Assembly: GCA_014654165.1 (NCBI GenBank)
Contig: JACWDK010000001.1
Coordinates: 70,430 to 134,429 of the forward strand
Direction of reading: 5' to 3'
Source: Pelagibacterales bacterium SAG-MED13
GTDB taxonomy: Bacteria > Pseudomonadota > Alphaproteobacteria > Pelagibacterales > Pelagibacteraceae
DNA: 64,000 nt
The translations under genes and the position numbers were made by a program. This document shows, in pieces, positions 42,685-53,224 of the stretch. Below the pieces are notes generated by a model. That model was not told the origin of the DNA, did no database searches, and saw nothing but the letters and a program-made list of their open reading frames with translations. Numbering within the stretch: the stretch's first letter is position 1; each line of letters begins with the position of its first letter.

Positions 42685-43839
42685 ATGAATAAATTTCTCA
42701 AAATTCTTTTTATAATTTTTTTAAATTTTACATTAATAATTTCTTTATCTTATTCTGAGGAAACTAAAATTAAAATAGGTTTGCTTGCTCCATTGTCTGG
42801 AGAAAATGCTTCTTTAGGAGAACAAATTATTAAATCAATTCGAATGGCTTTGAGTGATATTGAGGATAATAATATAGAAATTTTTCCAAGAGATACTCAA
42901 TCAGATCCTAATATAGCTTTACGAGCTGCATTAGAATTGGAAGAGTTGGGAGTAACATTGGTAATAGGTCCTATATTTTATGAAAATTTAGTTTATTTAA
43001 ATGAAGTTAAAAATATTACTTTTTTATCCCTCACAAACAAAACATTGGATCTTCATAAGAATATTATTAGTAGTGGGATTAACTCAACCTCACAATTAAA
43101 TACAATAAAAAAATTCCTAGAAAGAAATGAAGTTAAGAAAACTATTTTTCTTATTCCTAATCTTAATTATGATTTAGAAATTAAAAAAGGTATTAAGGAA
43201 TCCAAAATTGGAATTTTCAAAGAACACTATTATGATATTGAGCCAACAAAACTTACTAAACAAATAGAAAAAATTACAAATTATGAAATAAGAAAACAAA
43301 ATTTATTAGACGAAATTTTAAGAATTGAAAAATCAGATGACACTAATAAAGAAAAAGAAATTGAAAAACTAAAAAAAAAATATACTTTGGGTAATTTAAA
43401 ATTTGATTCCGTTATAATAGCAGATTTTGATGAAAGTTTAAAAAGTGTTATTACATCTTTATTATACACAGATGTATCACCAAAAGAAAAATACATTATA
43501 ACATTTAATCAATGGTTTGATAAAACTTTATTAAAAGAAATCAGCTCTCAATCAATTTATTATCCATCAATTAATAAACAGAATTTAGAGAATTTTCAGA
43601 TTAAATTTTTCGAAAGATTTAATCTAATACCAAACCATTTATCATTATTAAGTTATGATTTAATAGGACTGATATACTATCTTTCTTTAAAAAATGAAAT
43701 TTCAGACATTAGTGAGTCATTTAAATCAAAAAGTATTTTTAAAGGGAAAATTGGAATATTTATAATCGAGGATAATAAGATTAATCATCAACTAAATTTT
43801 TATCAAATTAAAGAGGGAGAGCTTAAAGAAATTTTCTAA
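42685..43839 (+). CDS. Periplasmic binding-protein fold, LpoA/LppC-like PBP activator
   Basis: Signal peptide, KIGLLAPLSG, VIGP; divergent from rsmI as in the conserved arrangement. Confidence 0.7.
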   Translation: MNKFLKILFIIFLNFTLIISLSYSEETKIKIGLLAPLSGENASLGEQIIKSIRMALSDIEDNNIEIFPRDTQSDPNIALRAALELEELGVTLVIGPIFYENLVYLNEVKNITFLSLTNKTLDLHKNIISSGINSTSQLNTIKKFLERNEVKKTIFLIPNLNYDLEIKKGIKESKIGIFKEHYYDIEPTKLTKQIEKITNYEIRKQNLLDEILRIEKSDDTNKEKEIEKLKKKYTLGNLKFDSVIIADFDESLKSVITSLLYTDVSPKEKYIITFNQWFDKTLLKEISSQSIYYPSINKQNLENFQIKFFERFNLIPNHLSLLSYDLIGLIYYLSLKNEISDISESFKSKSIFKGKIGIFIIEDNKINHQLNFYQIKEGELKEIF

Positions 43840-44425
43840 TCTTTTTAAAAGCTTTATACCTGTGATCCATTTTATATTTTACAGATGGTTTCATTTCACC
43901 AAAAGTTTTTTTTTTACGAAGAGGTATAAATATTGGATCATATCCAAAGCCATTTTTTCCTTTTTTTTTTTTTGAAATTAGACCCTCGATCTTACCTGAG
44001 GTATAAGCAATTACTTTATTTAAATAGCAAACAGATAATACACAAATAAACCTAGCTCGAATTTTTTTTGTTTTCCAATCTTTATCTTTTTTATTTAACT
44101 CCCTGTAAATCCTTTTTATAGCTTTATTAAAATCTGCATTTTGTCCTGCCCACCTTGCAGAGTGGATTCCTGGTTTTTTATTCAAGCAGTCAATTTCTAA
44201 TCCTGAGTCATCTGATAAACATATTAAATTTGTTTTCTTTGAAAAGTATTTTGATTTAATTAAAGAATTTTCTTTAAATGAACTTCCATTTTCAACTGGG
44301 CTCTTAAGTTTAAAATCTAAAGTGGAGTAAATTTTGATTGTTTTTGGTAATAAATCTCTTATTTCTTTGAGTTTTCCTTTGTTGTTGGTTCCAATTAATA
44401 AACTAGTAATTTTTTTTTTTGGCAT
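43823..44425 (-). CDS. rdgB: Non-canonical purine NTP pyrophosphatase
   Basis: TNNKGKLKE, DDSGL, PGIHSAR, GFGYDPIF, HR. Confidence 0.94.
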   Translation of the reverse strand: MPKKKITSLLIGTNNKGKLKEIRDLLPKTIKIYSTLDFKLKSPVENGSSFKENSLIKSKYFSKKTNLICLSDDSGLEIDCLNKKPGIHSARWAGQNADFNKAIKRIYRELNKKDKDWKTKKIRARFICVLSVCYLNKVIAYTSGKIEGLISKKKKGKNGFGYDPIFIPLRKKKTFGEMKPSVKYKMDHRYKAFKKIRKFL

Positions 44426-44453
44426 CTAGAAATTTTAAATTTTCTTACCATAT
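44426..44453 (+). promoter_or_regulatory. Putative RpoH (sigma32) promoter of grpE (CTAG-N18-CCATAT)
   Basis: Resembles CTTG-N17/18-CCTATAT; ends 8 nt before the grpE ATG. Confidence 0.5.
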
Positions 44454-44461
44454 AAGTTATT

Positions 44462-45112
44462 ATGGAGAAAGAACAAGATCAAGCTACTGAAGAAAACATT
44501 AATTTATCTGATGATGATAATGATGTTGAAAAAATTCCTTCGGAAAAGAAAGATTCAGATAATAAAGCTGAGGATAATACAATATCGGATAAAAAAGAAC
44601 CAACTCCACAAGAAAAAATTTTAGAGCTTGAAGATAAATTAGCAAGAACTTTTGCGGAAATGGAAAATCAAAGAAGAAGGTTTGAAAAAGAGAAAGAAGA
44701 TGCTTTTGAATATGGGGGTTTTGCATTTGCAAAAGAAGCTTTAAATTTAATTGATAATCTCGAAAGGTCTAAAAATATTTTAGAAGAAGACGAAAAATTA
44801 AAAGAAACAGAAGCACTTAAAAAAACCTTAGAGCATTTTGACATAATCTATAAAGATCTGATCTCCATTTTTAACAAAAATGAAATTAAAGCCATTGAAA
44901 GCCTTAACAAAAAACTTGATCCAAATTTTCATCAAGCAATGATGGAGATAGAAGATGATACGAAGGAAGCAGGTACAATAATACAAGAAATACAAAAAGG
45001 ATTTACTTTAAAAAATCGCTTATTAAGACCTTCTTTAGTTGGTGTTTCAAAAAAAACTAAAGAAAAAGTTAAAAAAAATGACGAAAATAAACAAAATTTA
45101 GATAGCAAATAA
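44462..45112 (+). CDS. grpE: Nucleotide exchange factor GrpE
   Basis: AEMENQRRR, DPNFHQAM, QKGF...LLRPSLVGV. Confidence 0.96.
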   Translation: MEKEQDQATEENINLSDDDNDVEKIPSEKKDSDNKAEDNTISDKKEPTPQEKILELEDKLARTFAEMENQRRRFEKEKEDAFEYGGFAFAKEALNLIDNLERSKNILEEDEKLKETEALKKTLEHFDIIYKDLISIFNKNEIKAIESLNKKLDPNFHQAMMEIEDDTKEAGTIIQEIQKGFTLKNRLLRPSLVGVSKKTKEKVKKNDENKQNLDSK

Positions 45113-45124
45113 TGTTTGATCCAG

Positions 45125-45152
45125 CTTGTAGAATTAAAATTAACACTTATAT
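45125..45152 (+). promoter_or_regulatory. RpoH (sigma32) promoter of dnaK (CTTG-N17-CTTATAT)
   Basis: Matches the alphaproteobacterial heat-shock consensus CTTG-N17/18-CYTAT.T. Confidence 0.65.
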
Positions 45153-45172
45153 GACGATCAGGACTTAAAATT

Positions 45173-47104
45173 ATGAGCAAAATTATTGGAATAGACTTGG
45201 GAACTACTAATTCTTGCGTTGCTATTATGGAAGGTAGCCAAGCAAAAGTTTTAGAAAATTCAGAGGGGGCAAGAACTACTCCTTCCGTAGTTGCATTTAC
45301 AGAAGAGAAAGAAAAATTAATAGGTCAACCAGCAAAAAGGCAGGCAGTAACAAATCCAGAAAATACTATTTTTGCAGTTAAAAGATTGATCGGAAGAAAT
45401 TTTGAGGACTCAACTGTCAAAAAAGATATTGAGGCTGCTCCATTTAAAATTGTTAATTCTGAAAAAGGTGATGCTTGGATTGAAGCAAAAGGGGAAAAGT
45501 ATTCTCCCTCGCAAATCTCAGCATTCATTTTACAAAAAATGAAAGAAACAGCTGAGAAATATTTAGGTCAAGCAGTTACAAAAGCAGTTATCACTGTGCC
45601 TGCATATTTTAATGATGCGCAACGTCAAGCAACTAAAGACGCTGGTAAAATTGCAGGACTGGAGGTTTTGAGAATTATAAATGAACCTACTGCAGCATCA
45701 CTTGCTTATGGTCTTGATAAAAAACAAAATAAAAAAATTGCTGTTTATGACTTAGGTGGTGGAACATTCGATGTATCAGTGCTTGAGTTAGGAGATGGTG
45801 TTTTTGAAGTAAAGTCAACTAATGGTGATACATTTTTAGGTGGAGAAGATTTTGATAATACAATCGTCGAATATTTGATTGGTGAGTTCAAAAAGGATAA
45901 TGGGATAGATTTAAAATCTGATAAGTTGGCATTACAAAGATTGAAAGAAGCAGCAGAGAAGGCAAAAATAGAATTATCCTCTGCAGAGCAAACAGATATT
46001 AATTTACCGTTTATTACTGCTGATAAAACTGGTCCTAAACATATTAATTTAAAGTTAACTAGAGCTAAGCTAGAAGCTTTAGTTGAGGATCTTATATCTA
46101 AAACAATGCCCCCTTGTAAAACTGCATTAAAGGATGCTGGTATTTCAGCTAATGAAATAGATGAGATTGTAATGGTTGGTGGTATGACAAGAATGCCAAA
46201 AGTTATAGAAGAGGTTAAAAATTTTTTTGGAAAAGAACCAAATAAAAGTGTTAACCCCGATGAAGTTGTTGCTATGGGAGCAGCAATCCAAGCTGGTGTT
46301 CTCCAAGGTGATGTAAAAGATGTATTATTACTTGATGTAACACCTTTATCTTTAGGTATTGAAACTTTAGGAGGAGTGTCTACAAAATTAATTGAAAAAA
46401 ATACAACAATTCCAACAAAAAAAAGCCAGGTCTTTTCTACTGCTGAAGATAATCAGCCTGCAGTTTCAATTAGAGTGCTTCAGGGAGAAAGAGAAATGGC
46501 TTCAGATAATAAAATACTAGGCAACTTCGAACTTGTAGGAATTGCTCCTGCACCAAGAGGCGTGCCTCAGATAGAAGTTACATTTGATATAGATGCCAAC
46601 GGAATAGTAAATGTATCGGCAAAAGATAAAGGAACTGGTAAAGAACAAAAAATTCAAATTCAAGCATCTGGAGGGTTAAGTGATGATGAAATTGAAAAAA
46701 TGGTAAAAGATGCTGAAGCTAATAAAGAAGCTGATAAAAAGAAGAGAGAGTCAGTTGAAGTAAGAAACCAAGCAGATACTTTGATTCATTCAACAGAAAA
46801 AAATCTTAAAGAACATGGTTCAAAAATTTCAGATGCAGAAAAAAAAGCAATTGAAGATGGATCAGTTGCTTTAAAAGAAGCAGTAAAAGGTGAAGATATT
46901 GAAGATATAAAAAAAAAAACAGAGACATTGGTTCAAGCTTCAATGAAACTTGGAGAGGCCATTTATAAATCACAACAAAGTACAAAACCTGATTCTGGTA
47001 AAAATGACGATGAAGGTAAAAGCGAGAAGGAAAAAAAGGATGAAAATGTTGTTGATGCGGATTTTGAAGAAGTAAAAGACGAAAATAAAGAAAAAAGCGC
47101 TTAA
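45173..47104 (+). CDS. dnaK: Chaperone DnaK
   Basis: [33 protein letters not shown]. Confidence 0.99.
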   Translation: MSKIIGIDLGTTNSCVAIMEGSQAKVLENSEGARTTPSVVAFTEEKEKLIGQPAKRQAVTNPENTIFAVKRLIGRNFEDSTVKKDIEAAPFKIVNSEKGDAWIEAKGEKYSPSQISAFILQKMKETAEKYLGQAVTKAVITVPAYFNDAQRQATKDAGKIAGLEVLRIINEPTAASLAYGLDKKQNKKIAVYDLGGGTFDVSVLELGDGVFEVKSTNGDTFLGGEDFDNTIVEYLIGEFKKDNGIDLKSDKLALQRLKEAAEKAKIELSSAEQTDINLPFITADKTGPKHINLKLTRAKLEALVEDLISKTMPPCKTALKDAGISANEIDEIVMVGGMTRMPKVIEEVKNFFGKEPNKSVNPDEVVAMGAAIQAGVLQGDVKDVLLLDVTPLSLGIETLGGVSTKLIEKNTTIPTKKSQVFSTAEDNQPAVSIRVLQGEREMASDNKILGNFELVGIAPAPRGVPQIEVTFDIDANGIVNVSAKDKGTGKEQKIQIQASGGLSDDEIEKMVKDAEANKEADKKKRESVEVRNQADTLIHSTEKNLKEHGSKISDAEKKAIEDGSVALKEAVKGEDIEDIKKKTETLVQASMKLGEAIYKSQQSTKPDSGKNDDEGKSEKEKKDENVVDADFEEVKDENKEKSA

Positions 47105-47132
47105 CATACATCTATTTGTCCAAGGTATTTAA

Positions 47133-48257
47133 ATGGCTAAAAGAGATTATTATGATGTCCTTGGTGTAAGTAAAAATGCAACTCCCGAAGAATTAAAATC
47201 TGCTTACAGAAAATTAGCCGTAAAATATCATCCTGATAAGAATCCTGACGACAAGGTTGCAGAAGATAAATTTAAAGAAGCAGGAGAAGCATACGGAATA
47301 TTATCAAATAAATCTAAAAAAGAAAATTATGATAATTTTGGCCATGCTGCATTTGAAAATGGTGGAGGACAAGGAGGATTTGGAGGGTTTGGTGGTGCCG
47401 ATTTTTCAGACATCTTTGAAGATTTTTTTGGAGACTTCGGAGGAAGTAGAAGAAGTTCTAGAGGAAGAAATTCTAATAATAGAGGATCTGATTTAAGATA
47501 TGACTTATCAATTTCATTAGAGGATGCATATTCGGGGAAAAAACAAAATATACAATTTTCTACATCAGAAAAATGTGGCACATGCAAAGGAAATGGATCC
47601 AAACCAGGGTTTAATCCTGATAGGTGTAGCTATTGTAACGGTAATGGAAGAGTAAGAACAAACCAAGGATTTTTCACTGTACAACAAACTTGTCCTCAGT
47701 GTGCGGGAAGTGGTGAAGAAATTACCAACCCTTGTAGTGATTGTAGTGGAAGAGGAAACAAACAAACTTCAAAAAAGATTTCGGTTACAATTCCTAAAGG
47801 TGTAGATGATGGAACAAGAATTAGACTTGCTGGAAAGGGTGAGGCAGGTACTAGAGGAGGAGGTACAGGAGATTTATATTTATTTATAAACATTAAATCA
47901 CATGAACTTTTTAAGAGATCAGATGTAAATTTATTTTTTGAATTTCCTATATCTATCGCTGATGCTGCGCTAGGCACTACAATTGAAATACCAACAATAG
48001 ATGGTAAAAAAGCTAAAATTAAAATACCTGATGGTACTCAAGATGGAAAACAATTTAGATTAAAAGGTAAAGGTATGCCTTTTATGCGAAGGGGTGATTA
48101 TGGAGATTTGTATGTACAAGTAAAAACAGAAGTGCCAATATATCTAAATAAGGAACAAAAAGAATTGCTTGAAAAATTTAGAGAAATAGAAAATGAAAAA
48201 TCAAACCCAAGTATTAAAAAATTTTTCCAAAAAGCTAAAAGTTTCTGGAAAAATTAG
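47133..48257 (+). CDS. dnaJ: Chaperone DnaJ
   Basis: J domain HPD, G/F-rich region, four CxxCxGxG repeats. Confidence 0.98.
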   Translation: MAKRDYYDVLGVSKNATPEELKSAYRKLAVKYHPDKNPDDKVAEDKFKEAGEAYGILSNKSKKENYDNFGHAAFENGGGQGGFGGFGGADFSDIFEDFFGDFGGSRRSSRGRNSNNRGSDLRYDLSISLEDAYSGKKQNIQFSTSEKCGTCKGNGSKPGFNPDRCSYCNGNGRVRTNQGFFTVQQTCPQCAGSGEEITNPCSDCSGRGNKQTSKKISVTIPKGVDDGTRIRLAGKGEAGTRGGGTGDLYLFINIKSHELFKRSDVNLFFEFPISIADAALGTTIEIPTIDGKKAKIKIPDGTQDGKQFRLKGKGMPFMRRGDYGDLYVQVKTEVPIYLNKEQKELLEKFREIENEKSNPSIKKFFQKAKSFWKN

Positions 48258-48300
48258 AAATTCTTGTTGAAATAATTAGAGCCTAGTTTAAGAAATCAAT

Positions 48301-49143
48301 ATGATTATCTGGATAGCATCTTACCCAAAAAGTGGAAATACCTGGGTGAGATCATTTCTTATAGCGTATTACTTCTGTAAAAAAGGTGTGTTTGACATTG
48401 ATAATTTAAATATAATTCCTGATTATCCTAACAAACAATTTTTTAAGGAAGAAGTTAAAGAAGGAGAAATTCACAAACATTGGGAAGAATCTCAAAAAAA
48501 AATATTAGAAGAAAAAAAAGTTAAGTTTCTTAAAACTCACAATTCTTTAATTAAAGCTTTTGGTAATGATTTTACACAGCCCAAATACTCGTTAGGGGTA
48601 GTTCATATTATCAGGGATCCAAGAAATATAATTACATCAGTTAAAAATCACATGGATTTCAAAGATTACGATCAAGCACTAAAGTTTATGCAAAAAGATA
48701 ATGCTATACTTAATGACTATAAACATCTTAAAAATTATGCCAAAACTATGATCATAAATTCTTGGAGAATAAATTATCAATCTTGGATAAGTAATAATTA
48801 TTTTCGAAGGTTTACAATTAAATATGAGGATATGGTCGATAAACCCAATCAAGTGTTCAGGGATATGGTTGTATTCATTAACACTATATGCAGATTAAAC
48901 GTTGGAGTTGATGAGGAAAAATTAAATAATGCAATTGAATCAACTAATTTTTCAAATCTTCAAAATATGGAAAATCAAGGCAAATTTTCGGAAAATGTAT
49001 ATTCTTTACATGATAATAAAAAAATTAAATTTTTTTATCAAGGGCCTAAAAATAATTGGAAGAAAAATTTGGATAAGAATATGATTGAAAAGATGAACGA
49101 ATATTACAAAAATGATTTAATTAAATTTGGTTATGAAGTCTAA
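48301..49143 (+). CDS. PAPS-dependent sulfotransferase (Sulfotransfer_1 family)
   Basis: 5'-PSB motif SYPKSGNTW, KTH, 3'-PB motif IRDPRN..TS, KYED. Confidence 0.88.
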   Translation: MIIWIASYPKSGNTWVRSFLIAYYFCKKGVFDIDNLNIIPDYPNKQFFKEEVKEGEIHKHWEESQKKILEEKKVKFLKTHNSLIKAFGNDFTQPKYSLGVVHIIRDPRNIITSVKNHMDFKDYDQALKFMQKDNAILNDYKHLKNYAKTMIINSWRINYQSWISNNYFRRFTIKYEDMVDKPNQVFRDMVVFINTICRLNVGVDEEKLNNAIESTNFSNLQNMENQGKFSENVYSLHDNKKIKFFYQGPKNNWKKNLDKNMIEKMNEYYKNDLIKFGYEV

Positions 49144-49921
49144 AAAAATCAATTTAGCTATAACTGGTTGTTTAGGCCGAATGGGAAAACAACTAATCAA
49201 ATCTACAAAATCAAATAAAGATTTTAAATTAGTATCTGTCACAGAAAACATTAAAATCAATAAAAAAATTAAAGGAATTAAGGTCACCACAAATAACGAA
49301 GGGGCTTTTAAAAAAGCTAATGTAATAATTGATTTCACTATACCAAAATGTACTTTGCAAGTTCTTAAGATTGCATCAAAACTTAAAAAAAAAGTTGTAA
49401 TTGGAACGACAGGATTTACAAAAAAAGAAGAGAAGATAATAGATAAATTCTCAAAAAAAATTGCAATATTAAAAGCTGGTAACATGAGTTTGGGTATAAA
49501 TCTTTTAATGTATTTAACTGAGATAACTTCTAGATCGTTAGGAGAGAACTTTTTAAGTAAAATAAGTGAAATTCATCATAAACATAAAAAAGATTATCCC
49601 TCAGGAACTGCATTAATGCTGGGTAAAGGCATAGCTTTAGGAAAAAATAAAGAATTTTATAACCTTTTTGGAAAAAGGTATTTAAATAAAAAAACTTTCC
49701 CATATGGGACTAAAATAAATTTCAATTCTATAAGAAGAGGTGAAATAATTGGTGATCACGAAGTTAAATTTTCAAGTGGAAAAGAAATAATTACACTAAA
49801 CCATAAAGCTTTTGATAGAGCTTTATACTCTGAAGGAGCTTTAGCTGCTGCATATTGGCTTATAAATAAAAAACCTGGCTTATATTCCATGAGGGATTTA
49901 ATGAATTTCAGTAATGAATGA
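49133..49921 (+). CDS. dapB: 4-hydroxy-tetrahydrodipicolinate reductase
   Basis: GCLGRMG, IDFT, IGTTG, EIHHKHKKDYPSGTAL. Confidence 0.95.
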   Translation: MKSKKINLAITGCLGRMGKQLIKSTKSNKDFKLVSVTENIKINKKIKGIKVTTNNEGAFKKANVIIDFTIPKCTLQVLKIASKLKKKVVIGTTGFTKKEEKIIDKFSKKIAILKAGNMSLGINLLMYLTEITSRSLGENFLSKISEIHHKHKKDYPSGTALMLGKGIALGKNKEFYNLFGKRYLNKKTFPYGTKINFNSIRRGEIIGDHEVKFSSGKEIITLNHKAFDRALYSEGALAAAYWLINKKPGLYSMRDLMNFSNE

Positions 49922-50567
49922 GGTTCAAAGGGCAAAATTAGTACTAAAAATACTAAACAAAACTTATCCAAAAATTAAAGTTCCTTTAAATAGTAAGAAT
50001 GTATTTACATTGTTAATTTCTGTTCTCCTTTCAGCTCAATGTACAGATGTTAATGTAAATAATGTAACAAAAAAAATTTACCCAAAATATTTTAAGCCTG
50101 AACATTTTGTTAAATTAGGAAGAAGAAAAATTGAGGGTTTAATTAAAAAAATAGGTATTTTCCGAATAAAATCAAAAAGTATATATAGACTATCAAAAAT
50201 ACTTATTCAGAATCATAATGGTAAAGTTCCTAAAACTTTTGAAGAGTTGGAAAAATTACCTGGTGTTGGACATAAAACAGCAAGCGTAGTTATGTCTCAA
50301 GGTTTTGGCTATCCAGCTTTCCCCGTTGATACCCATATCCATAGACTTGCTCAACGATGGGGCTTAACTAATGGAAAAAATGTTATTCAAACTGAAATTG
50401 ACTTAAAAAGATTATTTCCAAAAAAGGATTGGAATAAATTACACTTACAAATAATTTATTATGGTAGAGAATATTGCAAGGCAAGAGATTGTTATGGAAT
50501 TAGTTGTAAAATTTGCACAACTTGCTATCCTAAAAGAAAAAAACCTTTTATTGTAAAAAAACCTTAA
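49914..50567 (+). CDS. nth: Endonuclease III
   Basis: LSAQCTD, LPGVGHKTA HhH, PVDTHIHR. Confidence 0.95.
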   Translation: MNEVQRAKLVLKILNKTYPKIKVPLNSKNVFTLLISVLLSAQCTDVNVNNVTKKIYPKYFKPEHFVKLGRRKIEGLIKKIGIFRIKSKSIYRLSKILIQNHNGKVPKTFEELEKLPGVGHKTASVVMSQGFGYPAFPVDTHIHRLAQRWGLTNGKNVIQTEIDLKRLFPKKDWNKLHLQIIYYGREYCKARDCYGISCKICTTCYPKRKKPFIVKKP

Positions 50568-51493
50568 TGAAAATTCTAGGAATTGGAAATGCTATTGTAG
50601 ATGTACTATGTAAGGTATCAGAAGATTTTTTAACTAAAAATATGCTGACTAAAAGTACAATGAAATTAGTTGACGAAGAAGAATTTAAAAAATTGCTTTC
50701 ACTTTTGAAAATAGAGGAGACTATTTCTGGAGGATCAGTAGCAAACTCCATAGTTGGTTTATCACAATTAGGAAATAGAGTTAGTTTTATTGGTAAAATA
50801 AGCGATGATGCATTAGGTCAAAAATATGAAGATGGGTTGAGAAAAGAAAAAGTAGAATATCTATATAACAAAAAAAAAGAAACAATACCAACCGGATCTT
50901 GCTTAATTCTTATAACACCGGACTCGGAAAGAACTATGTGTACTTTTTTAGGTACAGCTGGAAAAATAAGTGACAATGACGTGAATGAAAATGATATTAA
51001 AAAAGCAGAAATAGTATTTCTTGAAGGTTATTTGTGGGATGAAGGAGATCCTAAAAAAGCTTTTGAAAAAGCTATTATGTATTCAAATAAAGTGGCAATG
51101 TCACTATCTGATTTATTCTGTGTAGAACGCCATAAACCTTTTTTTCTAGATTTAGTTAAAAATAAACTAGATATTATATTTTCTAATGAACAAGAAATTT
51201 TATCTTTAATAAATTCAAGCTCATTTGATGAGGCCATTACATTTTCAAAAGAAATAAATAAACATGTAATAATTACAAGAGGTGAAAAAGGTGCAGTCTC
51301 AATTTATGGAAATGAATTAATAGAATGTGAGGCAAAACCCAATTTAAAAATTAAAGATTTAACTGGAGCCGGAGATTTATTTGCAGCTGGTTGTTTGCAT
51401 GGGATAATCAATAGATTATCGCATAAAGAGTGTCTAATTAAAGGAACTGAACTATCATCTAAAATTATCCAAAAGATTGGTGCTAGGATTTAA
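50567..51493 (+). CDS. PfkB-family carbohydrate/adenosine kinase
   Basis: GIGNAIVD, SGGSVANS, DLTGAGDLFAAG. Confidence 0.9.
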   Translation: MKILGIGNAIVDVLCKVSEDFLTKNMLTKSTMKLVDEEEFKKLLSLLKIEETISGGSVANSIVGLSQLGNRVSFIGKISDDALGQKYEDGLRKEKVEYLYNKKKETIPTGSCLILITPDSERTMCTFLGTAGKISDNDVNENDIKKAEIVFLEGYLWDEGDPKKAFEKAIMYSNKVAMSLSDLFCVERHKPFFLDLVKNKLDIIFSNEQEILSLINSSSFDEAITFSKEINKHVIITRGEKGAVSIYGNELIECEAKPNLKIKDLTGAGDLFAAGCLHGIINRLSHKECLIKGTELSSKIIQKIGARI

Positions 51494-51496
51494 GTT

Positions 51497-52057
51497 TTAA
51501 TTAATAGAATAACCCTCACTACCATGTAAAATAAAATTTTCATCCCCAAAAACATCTTTCATTTTTTTTCTTAACCTATAAATGTGTGTTTCAACTGTAT
51601 GCGTATCAAGCTCAACAGAATAGTCCCAGACCTTCTTTTGTAATTCTTTAATACTAACATTTCCTTTCTGATTAATAAAAAAAATTAAATTTGTTTCTCT
51701 TTCTGTTAAGTTTAAAGTTTTATTATTAAATATGATTTTTCTTGAGTTTAAATCTAATTTATATTTCCCAATCTTAAGATTTGATTGACTCGAATATTCA
51801 TTTTTCAAAAAATTTATATTAATGAAATCTATCAATTTTTCTAATTTGATAGGAGATTCATTAATTATTAAACAATTATCTAAATGCTTTTGCTTTTTAG
51901 ATGAAATAACTAAATAGCTATTGCTAGAATTTAGTGTAATATCATCGAATTCATCTTTATTTGATTTTATAATGTCAAAATTTAAATTTTTTTTAATTTC
52001 GTTTAGTATTTCAAATAAAATTTGATATTCATAAACAATTAAAACTTTAGAACTCAT
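51497..52057 (-). CDS. OmpR-type winged-helix regulator, CenR-like, with a degenerate receiver domain
   Basis: C-terminal LTERE...VWDY...THTVETHIYRLRKK; short N-terminal domain lacking the acidic pocket. Confidence 0.75.
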   Translation of the reverse strand: MSSKVLIVYEYQILFEILNEIKKNLNFDIIKSNKDEFDDITLNSSNSYLVISSKKQKHLDNCLIINESPIKLEKLIDFININFLKNEYSSQSNLKIGKYKLDLNSRKIIFNNKTLNLTERETNLIFFINQKGNVSIKELQKKVWDYSVELDTHTVETHIYRLRKKMKDVFGDENFILHGSEGYSIN

Positions 52058-52068
52058 TTTTTAAAAGT

Positions 52069-52566
52069 ATGCCAATTATATTAAAAAATAAAGAAACACT
52101 TTTATTTGGTGACTTTGAATTTAAGTGTGTAATTGGTAAAAGTGGGACAAAAAAACTTAAAAAAGAAGGTGATAACTCAACACCTAAAGGTATTTTTGAA
52201 TTACAACACATTTATTATAGAAAAGATAGGATACAAAAACCTATATCAAATCTTAAAACGATAATAATTAAAAAAAATATGGGTTGGTGTGATGATCCAA
52301 AAAGTAAACACTATAACAAACTAATTAAAATTACTAAAAAGATTAAAGTGGGTTATGAAAAACTTTATCGCAAAGATCACAAATATGACTTACTTATTGT
52401 TATAAAATATAATTACAAAAAAGTTTTCAAAAATAAAGGTAGCGCAATATTTTTACATTTAACAAAAAATTTTTTTTGCACAAAGGGATGTATTGCATTA
52501 AAAAAAAATGATTTTATAATTTTATGTAAATTGATAAAAAGAAATACTAAAATAGAAATTAATTAG
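52069..52566 (+). CDS. L,D-transpeptidase (YkuD) family protein
   Basis: KKEGDNSTPKG, GSAIFLH, TKGCIAL. Confidence 0.87.
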   Translation: MPIILKNKETLLFGDFEFKCVIGKSGTKKLKKEGDNSTPKGIFELQHIYYRKDRIQKPISNLKTIIIKKNMGWCDDPKSKHYNKLIKITKKIKVGYEKLYRKDHKYDLLIVIKYNYKKVFKNKGSAIFLHLTKNFFCTKGCIALKKNDFIILCKLIKRNTKIEIN

Positions 52567-53224
52567 ATCGATTCCCAAAAATTCCTGTACCTATTCTTAA
52601 AAATGTAGCTTTATAATCTAAAGCTGTTAAATAATCACCAGTCATTCCCATACTAATTTCTTTTAAACTAATTTTTTCATTTAAATTTAAAAGTTTTTTA
52701 AAAAAAGGTTTTGGATCAAGATTGTCTGGTGGAATACACATTGTTCCTATAATATTCAACTTTAACATTATACAAGCTTTATAAAATGATTCTAAGTCAG
52801 AAGGATTTATTCCAGATTTTTGTGTTTCATCTCCAAGATTTATTTGTATAAAAAATTTAACACTTTTTTTTTTATTATGAATCTCGTTTGCAAGTTTATT
52901 AGCAAGTTTTAAACTATCTAAAGAATGTATATAATCAAATATATCAACTGCATACTTGACTTTGTTAGTTTGTAGTCTGCCTAACATATGTAATTTAACT
53001 TTATCATATTTTTTTTTAAGGTCTGTCCATTTTTGATTAGCTTCCTGAACTTTATTTTCGCCAAAATCTAGATGACCACTATTCAATAAAGGTAATATAT
53101 CTTTTTCTGAAAAAGTTTTTGATACCGCAATTATTCTAGGATTACGTTCTATCTCAGAAAAATTTTTAATTTTATTCTTAATTTTACTTTGAATTTCGAT
53201 TAAATTAGATTCTGTATAATGCAT
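52559..53224 (-). CDS. yggS: PLP homeostasis protein YggS
   Basis: IAVSKT, FGENKVQE, GRLQTNK, SMGMTGDY, RIGTGIFG. Confidence 0.94.
   Translation of the reverse strand: MHYTESNLIEIQSKIKNKIKNFSEIERNPRIIAVSKTFSEKDILPLLNSGHLDFGENKVQEANQKWTDLKKKYDKVKLHMLGRLQTNKVKYAVDIFDYIHSLDSLKLANKLANEIHNKKKSVKFFIQINLGDETQKSGINPSDLESFYKACIMLKLNIIGTMCIPPDNLDPKPFFKKLLNLNEKISLKEISMGMTGDYLTALDYKATFLRIGTGIFGNRSN

Noticed and set aside
43955-44420. Long T homopolymers in rdgB (and in mutM near 8850) as phase-variation tracts
   Set aside because: The ORFs stay in frame and the runs encode Lys tracts expected at this AT content
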